NCBI GenBank assembly: GCA_000934665.2
Contig: KZ538314.1
Span: forward strand, 1-64,000
Origin: Catajapyx aquilonaris
Taxonomy: Eukaryota
Direction of reading: 5' to 3'
Length of the DNA: 64,000 bases
Shown: positions 25,370-37,916 of the stretch, piece by piece
How the letters are laid out: every line of letters begins with the position of its first letter
Position numbering within the stretch: the stretch's first letter is position 1
The notes under the pieces: model-generated
Seen by the model: the letters and a program-made list of their open reading frames with translations, nothing else
Told to the model about the DNA's origin: nothing
Databases searched by the model: none
Translations under genes and position numbers: made by a program

Positions 25370-27052
25370 CAATTTATGCCTGTCTTATAGTCCCTTAATA
25401 ATTCGGTGCGAAGGAGTGGGATTTACAAAGATATTATATAGTTAGGACCTACTCATGTTATTATTCATAATAACTTTCCATTACATCTTCTCCTGGAATG
25501 TACAGGCAACAATGAACACATTATCACTTGGGAGCTACTTTGTAAGCTTAATGTTTCTTCTAAAAAAATTAACCTGAAAATTATCTTCACCGTTCTGTCT
25601 GGTTTAAGCTGAGTTTGTCGAAAGGCCTCATGCGGCACTTCACATCCTAAGTGACGTCACTTAGCAAAATTTATCTGGAGATTAATGTAAGCTATCGCCA
25701 CATGGTTGTAAATCCCATGAAGAGCTTGAGCACACACGTGTCAGAAACAATGCACTCTGAAACACAAAGGCCAACTTCTGGTGCACTTGCAAGTGCGTCA
25801 GTGTAAGTACTTGTGCAAACTTGTGTAAGACAGGGAACACCCACAGAGCTCTGGAACAGCTGGGTTAAGACTGGGCTTATCCGAGCCCCACTTGAATCTT
25901 ATCACCCTCTTCAGATGCGTTGTCGCACACCAGCGAATTTGCTCATTTTGACAAAAAGCTTTTCTATGTTCCAGCCCACGTTCACAAGTACAATTCATCA
26001 CTTTTTTTTGTGCGCACTGCATTCCCTGTAGGCTCACAAAATGTGAAGGAACAAACAGATCTAAATCCAAACTAGATTCAATATAAATCAGCGCTGATCA
26101 GTGTTGTGATTGGAACCGCGACACAACGAGCAGAAAACATTTTGATGGGCATCGGTACCGCTGTGCAATGGCAGGCGGTGAAAAGTTTTCACGGCAGAAA
26201 TGAAGGCTTCAAAAGAGTGCTTAGAGCACCATGTCATTCACTTCACAAACACATTCCACACCAATTAGCAGCCGGGGGACACGCGGCATCCAGAATGTTA
26301 ATTTCCTCGAAATGTGCTATGCCACACGGCATTACGTTTAGTGTCTAAATTCATTTGACCGCTCTGAATTTTACACCCAGCCTATTTTGATGGGCACGAC
26401 CTGCAATACCCGGATTACGCAGGTTAAGTAGGTCGAGCTAATTGAACACAAACATATGCATGGGTTACATGCACACTGTATTAATAGGCTTGGGCCTTGG
26501 GATGCTTAAAAAAAATTGTAGGCCAGACTCGCCTAGCTAGTGCGTGGCAATGTTCGAGATCAGAATGAAACGGAATGACGCCATTTCTGGCTTCCAATTG
26601 CTTGTTCAGGCTGGCCTCGCTCTCGTGAAATTAGCATGATATGGCCACCTTCCGCTGGAACATTCCGCAGATAACCAAGTGCTATGGCTAAAATTTTCAT
26701 CACGACTGGGCTACAATTCTGCGCCGCAACAATGATACCAGTTTGAGGGTGCTGAGGGGAGGTTGGGTGTAATATTTGAAATTCAACAAAGAGCTAAAAA
26801 CGTTAAAGCCACAATTTTTAAAATTTATTTCTAAGCAGGTCCGGCAGGAGGAAGTGTCTATTAAATCTTGCTCAGGAAAGGAAAGGAGTTCTATGTTCGC
26901 CGGTAGATGACGCAGTGGTGCATACGATGAGGGATAATTCGCGAGAAAGGGGCTGAAAATGAGGCCTTTTTTGATATTTTCTTCCGGTTAATGGAAGTGT
27001 TCAAGCCCAATAAACATATACTGTATATCAAATAAAAGAGAATCACGAGAAA

Positions 27053-27124
27053 AGGTGCATATATGCACCTATACACACCTATACGTACACCTACACACCT
27101 ATACACCTACACACCTATAGGTGT
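27053..27124. repeat. Degenerate (ACACCTAT)-type tandem array bounded by two palindromes
   Basis: Repeated CACCTA units, with perfect palindromes AGGTGCATATATGCACCT (27053-27070) and ACACCTATAGGTGT (27111-27124). Confidence 0.85.
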
Positions 27125-27825
27125 CAAATGGAGGCTAGAATTTGTAGTGGCAGTCTAGTTGGAGGCAATCTGGAATGATTGGCTGAAATCCGCAAGTGAG
27201 GTAACGTGTACACTGATGGCGGGAGAAAAACTCGCGGACATCTCCATAACAGTACGACAATCTTTTTGACCCTGATAGTACGTGAGGTCAACCAACATAT
27301 ACGCAAAGAAAAGAAGCTTGCGTTACTCTGAACTCCCGGTTTTGTCTCACTTCTGAGAATAGCCTCCAACACCAAGGTAATTAAATGTGTTTGATCCTGG
27401 AAGTGCGCCAGCGACAGAAGGCTAATTAGATTGTGGAGACTGTTTGCTTGCCGGCATTCTCCGGCTCCATCCTATTATTTAACAGGCTTCTTTTCCATAT
27501 TGACCCAATATATATTGCAACAAGTGAGCCTGACGTTTATTGGCCGAGCAGACGGGGAACGCCATCGAAATTTTTTGGGGGAAGAATCTCTCGTGATATG
27601 CCAAAATATTTTAGCCATCCTGCGTTTTTTGTGTGCTTTGATATTTCACACTCGAGCTGCATGAATGACCCGCGTTCAAGAATATCGTGCTCGTTTTTCA
27701 CGCTCTTCTGGCAAGCCTTTCCAGCCGTCGCGGATTAGTTACAAGAGCCTGATTGATGATATTAATCAACATTTGCCAAGCCGATTTTGTGAGGGAACAT
27801 TGAAATACTGACAATAGTAGCCTTA

Positions 27826-27935
27826 AGGTCAATTCACATATACGCGAGCGATTTTCACGTTTTGCTTTTTCGAGTCTTTTACGTCACGAAGCGAGCGAAT
27901 TTTTGGAAATTTTCCGCGTATATGTGAATTGACCT
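27826..27935. mobile_element. 110-bp MITE, PIF/Harbinger-like
   Basis: Perfect 21-bp TIRs AGGTCAATTCACATATACGCG, with an identical TTA TSD at 27823-27825 and 27936-27938. Confidence 0.85.
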
Positions 27936-29021
27936 TTAGTGCCAAGCTTGGACACAATTGATGTCATCAATATTAATTACCTTTATCATTTATGCTTGAT
28001 TGGTTCAACCTCATTCTCATCGTGGCTTGAGTGTGGTGACCATCAATCTTCCCTTGCAAGACACGAAGGGCTAAGTGCATGGCATAGATAATTTGAACAC
28101 CCTTGCCAGATCCTCCAACTATAGTTTTGTGGCTTGTACACATATTAGACACGATGCGATGCAGCCAGGAATGTTCGTGACCCACCAGAAAAAAAGGCCA
28201 CATGATTGGCTGAAGCAAACCGCGAAATGATACTCTTTTCCTGCTCATCTAACCCCATCCGGATTACTTCCGACGCAAAATCTCCCTTGGCATTTGGTCA
28301 CAATTCAAGGGGGGGTCTCAGTGGGTGCCTCCCTCCGTCCCCTTATCTGCCCAGCCCAGAACTACCTGCGCCTCAGACTCTCATTTCGAGGCTCCTTTGG
28401 TAACATCGCTCCTGGAATAACACCCAGGAGGTCGTCATTCCTTGCCGCACCCAACAATGCTCGTAACCAGTTTGCAGTCTATACCATGGGATAAAATTAA
28501 AAGCACAATGTGCATATGCCGTCTAATTCAATTTTGTCAGAAAATATTACATATCGATTATCCATAACCCGGATTATTTCATGCACGTATGCACTCTACT
28601 TCATGCCAATATGCAACGCTCTTCTCGTGGTAATATTTAACTACTAAATGGTAGAATACTCATAACGGCAACGGCTCTCAAAGTGTAGCACTTTTTGCCT
28701 CCGGATTGGACATGCAGTGTACATATCCATTCAAGGGCGAAATTAACCCCGCATTATTCAAATGTCAGCAATTAATAGCAAGTTATGGATTTGCGTTGCA
28801 GTGTTATTATTTGATCCCAATATATGCTCCAGTTTTTTACCATCCTGTTTTTTCACTTAAAAAGTAATCTCAATTAGGACACCGGGCTAGTCCCTGCCAA
28901 ATATAACCTGTCTGATAATATTTACGCGTAAGGCTAGAAATAAACATATTATTGTTCACTTGCACGCCATATGCTACGAGCAGGCAAACGACCTTGATCT
29001 ACAGATATCAACAGCTTTATT

Positions 29022-29072
29022 GACATTTTCCTAAATCCACGCGACATTTCCCTGCATCCACGCGACATTTCC
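29022..29072. repeat. 21-bp tandem duplication (~2.4 copies)
   Basis: GACATTTTCCTAAATCCACGC GACATTTCCCTGCATCCACGC GACATTTCC. Confidence 0.85.
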
Positions 29073-32000
29073 AATTCCTCGATGCACTTTGAACCTGGCA
29101 CAATGGACAAAATCCACGGTAAGGCTCCTTTCCCAGTGTGTGATTCATATCTGAGACGTTTTATCCTGACTGTTCAGAGCAACCCTGCATGTCTCTCTTG
29201 AAACTCGGAATGTCTAACAAGTAGGATACAAGGCCAGTATGGACCACATTTCACGCGAATGGACTGATACACACTCATCAGCTAATGGGGAAATGCATCC
29301 AAGAGCATTGCACTACATTTACGTAAGAGTAACTGGTTTCAGGTATCACAAAGCACTACTAGAAGTCCTCCATGGATGTTGCTGATGGCACTCCAACCAG
29401 CTGACCGCTCGTGATTACACAGGTTTCCGGTATTCTCTCGTGTGGAACACAAACAATTGCCGCAATTTGGAAATGTAAGTATAGCCTGTATTTCCTGTCG
29501 GTGGTACACAGCGGCATAGCCTAGAAACCCCTTATTACCAGGAATGCCTATATAATAGAGGCATGGCTCAGATATTGGCCACGCAGAGCTGAATCACTCT
29601 GCAGTTTGTTTACCATGTCAAACACCGATTTGTCACCGGCAACAAGTGGAACGTTGGTTCAATACCTGTACAGCTGGGTAATTTTGCTCCACGCAGTGTA
29701 CATAAAAACAATTGTGTTGCACGATTGCAAAAATGAACCTCTGTGGTCTCGCAACATTCATGGTTGTGGTCTAGATGCGACCAAAATGCGTAGACTTGGT
29801 TACCCATACTGCACACCGAATAATACAGTTCCTTGACCCTGGTCGCCGTGTGTACGCTACTGTATACGACAAGACAAATATGGTGGCTAAATTACCCATT
29901 CTGCTAATGACTCCCTGACCGAAAAAACCTCACTCGACACCTGAGAATATTATTACAATATAAATAAATTAGAAATAAAACTACAGGTATCAACATTTTC
30001 ATCGTGACCTAACATACCGCAAATTTACCTACTTTCATACTAAATAATGAGTACGTATAACACGTAGCACTCCACATGTCCCACACACATCATTAATCTT
30101 TCTCTCTGTAGATCGTGCACGCACTACCCTTAGATTAATATTATATTGTCATTAACATGACAGTTAGCTACAAAGGATCGTATTGGGCAATATTGGCTGC
30201 TCAGAATAAATTTCTGGCATAAATATATTAAAACACAAACACTATACCGGTTCAATACTGCAAACAGAATATGTAAGGAGAAACTTTGTTACTTTTTCAG
30301 CCACACTTTTCTGTAATAAAAATTCAGCATGGAAAATGGGAAGGTTCCGCTATTATTTCATCACGCAAGGCGAGACTCCGGAATATTTGAAACTGGGATT
30401 AAAGGGCTGGGAGATGTCCCTCAGGCCACATTCAGCGAGAATAAAGCTCGTTTCTACGAGCCCTCTCCCTTTCCTTTTTTTTCTTCTTAAGTCCCCCTGA
30501 TACGAAATCACTATACAGTTACTGCACACAAAAATTATAGAGCCGTACTGCTATTGGATACCTCCACCATCATTTCTATTTTAAGACCAGTAAGATCGAT
30601 TTAACGCTTCAAAATGGTTGTTTCTTTTACGTACATCCACAACGCTAAAATTTCAAAATAATAGTGTACGGAAATGCCTGCAAGGATGCTTACCATGAAA
30701 TTGGCAGACCCTCTTAAGTGTTGTTAATCTTACTTCAAGACCTGTTTTTGGCATGCTTCTCCAAATATGTTACGTAATAAAGCAGGACACAACATTTAAA
30801 AAATATGGCTGGGGATTCGTTGATGTGATCAAATATCCCAACTTCCTTACGAATAAACTTTATATAGTACCGCTTTTCTCAGCCATTTGGAAATCTATTC
30901 AAGATTAAGACCGCCTTCACCAACTTACTTTTTTTTATCAAAACTTTTACCGGTCTGGGCCTAATCAGTCCCTACCCGAATTTAAACCCGAATCTCTCTT
31001 TTCTTGCTCTCTAGAGAAAACACTCGTCAAGTTTTTCTCTTCCCTGCTTGAGCCTAAGCTCCACCATCTCGCTCCTTTGACAGCAAGATATATTTGGACA
31101 AGGCAGTTCATCTTCTGACTGAATGATCACATCTCCCTAAGACTCCTTCTGGATCCCGTCCAACACTCCTTTTTTTTCTCTCTCTCTCTCCTGACCTTTT
31201 CATCCACATATCACCTCAACCATTTTCAATAGGAATTGGTGTGATTGTTGCACCGGGTTGTATCAGATTGTTGAAAGATCCGCCATTTTTCTTTAGGAAT
31301 CCAATTATCTGAAGGACATTTTTCTCACAAGTCATTTGGAAAATTGTGACGCCTGCTTAGATCAGCGGGAGTTAATTAGAAATTTATTGATTTCCCGGCC
31401 ATCTTTTGTGGTTATTCTGATTGTGACTGATGATTAAATAGGAATATTTCGCCCGATTTTGATGACATGCACAAATGCGTGCTGTGCCACATATAGTCTG
31501 CATTTATCATAAACGAAACCATTCCCGTTTTTTATATTAGCTATTAACCGGTGCTGGTTTATTGCATTCCATTTGGGTCGACGGTCACGCTCCAATTTTT
31601 AAAGTGTGCTCTCGTTTTTTTTAAAAGTAAGGATCCAGAAGTGACCAGCGATATCGCTCCAGTTTGATGTCTTTGGACAGGAATAAAATTACTTTTTCTG
31701 AAGTTGGAAAAAAGTTTTACTCGTAAATAAAATCTGGGATTTAAAAAAAACCTATGGAGGGACTTGAATCCGAACGTGGTTTTATGTGGCGCGGATCTTT
31801 ACAATGGGGATTAGTGTTCCACCCACGCAGTCTTACAGACGCCAGACTAGCTCAAAAAAGAACGGCGAAAAAACTCGACCAACTTTGCACGAAACTGTTC
31901 CCGTATATACAGCACGGTGCTGTAAATCTTTCAAACGGTTATTGCACACTTGCTATTAAATGCCACAATTATGTCACATAAACAACAGACAAAAATAGCG

Positions 32001-35000
32001 ACGCTATTGCTATATGCTATACATGTAGCAGTCTTTTCATATGAAGTCCTGATATGTCCCCGTATCAGTGGCTTTTGAAAGCATCTCGATCCGACATGAC
32101 TTTTCGACTAATCGCAGACAAGCAGTGACATTTTGGTGGGGACTCGTCCAATTTGGAAGGGTCTGATTACTACCTCTTTTTTTCCCCAGGAAATTCCATT
32201 CACCGGTCTATTGTTCGAGGTAAACGAACTCATCCGGCTGGCATTGGCAGTATCACTCTCTCTGAAAAAAAAAAAATGTCGGTGCGATAACCCGCGTGAA
32301 ATATGGAAGGAAAGCCTGGAGTTCAAAACCGGGTTCTTCCGCCGGCTGGACTGACAAAGGGTTCAAAGGTCCTCCATTAGTTGGGACCCAAAGTGGCAAA
32401 TTGAAGCTCGGTAGTGTCGTCCAGGCATAAATCAAAAGCGTCGTGGAAAACAACGTGAGTTGGAAGCAAATCAACAAACGAACGACGCCCCCGAATGATA
32501 CGGGCGACCAAAAACTTTTGGGGGAACTGAGGACCATTAGTACTTTTTGAATTTAAATACCACCAGTTCTAGGGCGTGGTACAAAAGGTCCATGCATCAT
32601 CCTTTCTATTTACACACCTTTCAAGCTCTATCCGCCTGCACTCTACTCTCAATGATTGATCTAGCGCCTGCTGCATTCTATATGCGCTGCTGGAAAGTCA
32701 CGAGATATGATGTGCACAGCTGCGCAGGCCATACCAGGCACGGGTTATGGCAACATAAGCAAGTATGGCTGGAAAAATACAGTGGGCTGACCCTATTGTT
32801 GGGGTGGGTAACAAAAGAGTTACGACGCCATACGTCTCCACCATGGTCTTAGAATACTAAGGTCTGGACACTCCCTCTTATCGCCTGCCGGGGTGTTTTG
32901 CATGAGGTGCTCACCTGAGAGCGCCATGAGACCGCTTTTCATTGGGCGATTATGTGGCGACCCTACCGGACTACGCTGAACTAAGGTAGAAGAGAAGCCA
33001 CTACATGCGGGTCCAACATGGCTGCCGGCGACCATGTTGGGTCCCCCAATGTAGCGCTTCCTGAGCGCTTCCCTTTTGTAGACGTCACCCAAGGCCTACC
33101 ATTTCTTTCTGGCACGGCTCGCACTCTATCACTTCGATTTGCACGTCTGCCGCATCAGAAAATGTCGCTAGCAGTATGTAATCGTAAATTCAGATTTGTT
33201 AGTCATTATCGTATAAATTTGACAAAAAATAATCTGGGTTAGTGAACCAAAATTTAAAGACAATTAGTAGAAAATATAGGCCCAACTTTGCCTAATCGGG
33301 TGTGGAAGTAGAGCATGGAAGTGGTGTCATTTGAGCAAAATTGACCCTAAAAAAGTGCTGTTTTGAGAAGATGGACGGGTCCAATGGCTGCTAATTTCAG
33401 ATGGAGAGGCTGTCGTAGAGCTTTGAGAACCCAGTTTCCTGCACTTCTCTCATGGGGGAATGCAAAAGGAAATGAGGTCCGCATAAGTATCCCAGGGTAC
33501 TTTCCAATTGTGCTCCCTTGCAGCCCGGAAGATTTATTGACTGACTCACGAGGACGCTTTCTGCCGTCCTCATTCACAAAAGAAAACGCCCTAACTTTTT
33601 TAAAAGCCCGTTGGATTCATTTTAAAAGCCTAAGAACTGTACATTCCTCATGCTGTGCGTCCCAGGCAAATCCAATATTAAAGAGACGTGGCCTGTATTA
33701 TTAGGGATGACCTTTTGCATTGTGGCTATGTTGAATTAAACATTTGAATGTTTAATGAATTGCTGCTACATTGATTGACCAATTGTTACAAGCTTTTCTT
33801 CCTGTAAGACACGAGCAGGGTGCGTGTAGAGGCACAACGGTCCATCGGACTTGATTGATGCTGATTGGAAGCACATGTCCAAGTAGCTCGGTCGTTCCTT
33901 CCTTGATTTATAAAGCGGCTTAATTACCCTCCCAAATTACTCCAGAAAAGGGATTCTCTCTGCGTACCCAATGCCAACTGTTCCAAACAAATGGTGTCTG
34001 GGGAAGTGGACAAAAAAAAAATACGATCCAGAATCCTCGGAGAACCACTCGCTCACTTTCAATTACATATTTACAACCCTGAATCAACATTCGCCTTTTT
34101 GTGTGTGTATCCGTCCTCTTGATGTCGCGAAAAGCCGGGTGAATCCGGTGGGAGGAGAATGTAATTGGAAGAGACGCAGCGAGGAATCGCCTAATTATTG
34201 CTCCAAGACAGTTAGAAAGTTTGTTAACTTGCGAATTACGGCGATGACACGCCTTCTTTGATCAGTAGTGATGGCAAAGTAGGATTATATCGCTTCACAA
34301 ACTTCACTGTAAAGTTTGGGGGGGTGCCTGGTATTTAATGAAACGGTCGTGCGTTTTAGCTACTCGCCAGCCATTTATAAGAGTAACATGTAAATTTTGG
34401 TAATTGAATGGATCCACTTTTTTTTAGGACATGAACAAATTTGTTTCCATCAGTCGATTGAAAAATATCGTTGTTTTCCTTCCCAGAAACGTCCGACAGA
34501 TGAAATATTACGGCTCATCCTGTAAGAATCACTCGAGAAAATATTCCTCCACGATATATCACATGAGCTAAATCAGTCATTACAGAGGAAGGAAGTTAAC
34601 TTGCATGCGTTAAATCTGCACATTGCATGCAGTAAGCAGGTTTGAACTGGGTGTGCTTTGAGTCAAAACCATTAACCTTTCACGACGATAATTTACGACT
34701 TCAAATCTCGGGCGCGTCTTGCTGCCTTTGAGAACCTGAATGGGGAACATTCCAACCGATGGAATTAATGGCTGCGACTTACAGGACCCAGATTTATAAC
34801 GATGACACTTCTATTTGACCTATCTCCAATGTGCAAAGTCACCTTTTGCCTCCCACCCATGGAATCTAGGCGAATCCCTCGGATTGAGGAGTATCAGACT
34901 ATGCCATTCCTCTTTCCGGACATATACACTCCATTAGAGTCCTGTCATCTGAAAGCGTGGCCTTCTACGACGCACGCATGCATTCAGGATTTGATCCTAC

Positions 35001-37198
35001 TGCTGCAGCAGCCTCCGGCGACGACCAAGAAACCTCTCCTGGCGTTAACCATACCGACGACGACGCTCATCCATATCAAAAGCAATCCTCTAGAGCCCGT
35101 GTTATTCGATTATTCTAATCTAGGCCTCTAATCCGGCTACATAAAAATTTGTGATGCATTCCACACACTTGCCTGAAATTTTGTGAATATTTCATGTGGG
35201 GGTTCACATGATGAAAAAAAACCGCAACGTAGCTTACAGTATAGGATGTGTTAAGCTCGTTAGGTATTATGCAGTTCAGGCGTCCAACTACATGCTTGAA
35301 AACGTTGCAAACAAATGCCAAACACGAAAGTAGCATTATTGTCATAACAATGTGAAGTATTAATCATTCTGCCAATGCCCGTCCTTGGGCTACATTCAAG
35401 AATTCGACGTACAAACAGTATTAAGTTGAAATGTAATTATAATCTAACAATTATTGCTCATTTGCGCATGACGTTTCTAACTGCGTTTCTCCTGCAGGAA
35501 AGTACTGCAAATTGGGTAAATGTATTATTCACACCAGACCTGGGCCAGATACCAGTATGACGGAAACTGTACTTCTGACGGTAGCTAATTTATTACTTGT
35601 CCGGACTTAAAGGCAACAGCTGGCCCTGGCACTGCTCATAACTGAACATAATTACTGTACAATGCGGGAACAGGCGTGTCCAGTACCGTTGCCCCCCGGG
35701 TACCTAAAACAATAATTTTTTAATATCCTCCACGAATACTGTAGACCTAACTTGCGCGTTTTGCACAGGCAGATGGTTTTCCCATGCACTAAAGTTCTAA
35801 CAATGAGTTTCACCGATGTTCACGCAGGCAACTATAAGCCTCTTACTGCAGACCCGCGACACACTAAATATGACAAGCTGACATATGGGTAGCCTAATAA
35901 TTGGGTGGCTTGATGCATCTCTTAAACAGAAGGGTCAAAAATGAAATGAAGGGCACCTGGTAACTGATACAATCATAATAATGCAGCTTGTGACTACCTG
36001 TACCTATCATGAGTAGCCTATAAATAGAGCATGTTACATGAGAATATTGAATTTTATATTCATGGCATGGGAAATATGTTTGCTATAATGTAAAATCGGA
36101 ACTAACAGGCAAAACAACAAACGACTAGTCCAAACATATGTGCCGTTACCAAAAGTCAATAAATATAATTATTCCGCAAAGACCCTCTATAATTTTAAGT
36201 GCCACATTAAATTGACTGGTACAGTTTACAGTTGGCCATTATCATAAAAATAACTGTGGTGCCATCGAGCTTTCGGCATAGTTATCAACAGTGCTGTTTT
36301 CATAACACTGCAGCGCTTCTTCAGCAACTCCAAACGCTATGTCTTAAAATTCTTAAGTCAGTTAACAATTGTCGAAATATTAATTTTAATCCCCTCTGTC
36401 TAGGTCTACGTAACAAAGGTACAAGGAATAAGCTGATTATGTCATCTCAGCGGAATCACGTCCTCCAAAGACGATGTAAGGCTAGTTTCTCCTAAAGCCC
36501 TATAGCTTTGTTAATTCATAACCTATACACAGTCATTCTGAAACACAATATACAGTGTTGCCATGTGACAAATCACTTATCAATCTGACTTGTCCAGTCA
36601 GTTTGGAAAAGCTCTATGACCGTTGCTTAATTTCGCAATTAACGTCACAAGCACTTTACCCAAAGAATTTTCATTTGCTGAATTTCTCAGCGGTTATGCG
36701 CAGGGTTATCTTCTAGTATAATAGTTCATTTGTTGCCCCACGTGTTAACGAGCCCAGAAGCCTTAACCACTTTACAAGCCAGCCTCTTATATGATGTGAG
36801 CAGCATACCTTTCTAGCCTACACCCCTAATGAAGCCTTGTCTCGCAGGAATGCTAATTGAAACCTTATGACTCGACTCTTGTCTTGGAATGCCGACACGG
36901 GGTGCAAAGAATGGAAAGAGAAACGACATACATCATGTAAAAAGCTTATGACATAATCCCACGCCATATTCAGAGCCTGCAATAAAGCCCATGGTGCACC
37001 GAATCTGAACCATCTTCCCTTTGCTAATATCGTTGGCCCTAGACACCCATTCCCACTGATGAGGTGATTTATATTACAATTATCGTCTGAATGCCCTTCC
37101 CTTGCTTTTAATTAAAACCTACCCCTAGACCTCTTCGTATATTGCCCCCTGCAACGACGCGTTGGTTTCGCTCGGTGTCCAAACCCTCCCCCAAAAAA

Positions 37199-37375
37199 NN
37201 NNNNNNNNNNNNNNNNNNNNNNNNNNNNNNNNNNNNNNNNNNNNNNNNNNNNNNNNNNNNNNNNNNNNNNNNNNNNNNNNNNNNNNNNNNNNNNNNNNNN
37301 NNNNNNNNNNNNNNNNNNNNNNNNNNNNNNNNNNNNNNNNNNNNNNNNNNNNNNNNNNNNNNNNNNNNNNNNNNN
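37199..37375. other. Assembly gap (177 N) in intron 2
   Basis: Run of N. Single Ns also occur at 39592 and 54813. Confidence 0.99.
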
Positions 37376-37891
37376 CCCCCCCCAAAAAAAAGAGCTGACA
37401 AAACTGCGTTATTTCCATTCCTCTTCCCGAAAAGCTCTCAGTCCTGAAAATAAAAGATTTAAAGGCTGATTCATCAACTTGGGTCGGATTTTCGAGGACC
37501 AAATTTTGCTACTTATTCCTTGAACCCGCCCTCCCTTTATATTGATTTCCTTTAGTGACCCAAATGCAGAACGGATATATAACCCTTCCTCAACAAACCT
37601 GGGGCTGAAGGTATGACGAAACATGGCAATTCGGCACATTGCATATTGCAATAGGTATCAGAGCGCATAAAAGGTGAAATTTTTTTGCAAATCTCTCCAA
37701 GGGCTCGTGATTGAAACTCAATTTGCCTTAATATTTTAATGGACTGGCCGGAAATGGTCATATTATCAGGCAGTTATAGGCGCCTAAAATGGGACCAATA
37801 GTGAACGTATTTTTACTGCCAGACGGTTTATAAATATTCTAAAAATATGGTACGAACTCCCTGATTGGATTATATGAAAATATTTACTCAC

Positions 37892-37916
37892 CATTGCCGG
37901 ATCTCCTTTTCGGTAA
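37892..37916 (-). CDS. NCS1: NCS-1 coding exon 2 (25-nt microexon): (F)TEKEIRQ(W)
   Basis: ttcttatttcccgtttcag|TTACCGAAAAGGAGATCCGGCAATG|gtgagt. It supplies exactly the missing conserved residues, phase 1 to 2. Confidence 0.96.

Noticed and set aside
33331..33342. 12-nt match to the 5' end of miR-87
   Set aside because: The match does not extend and there is no pre-miRNA hairpin.
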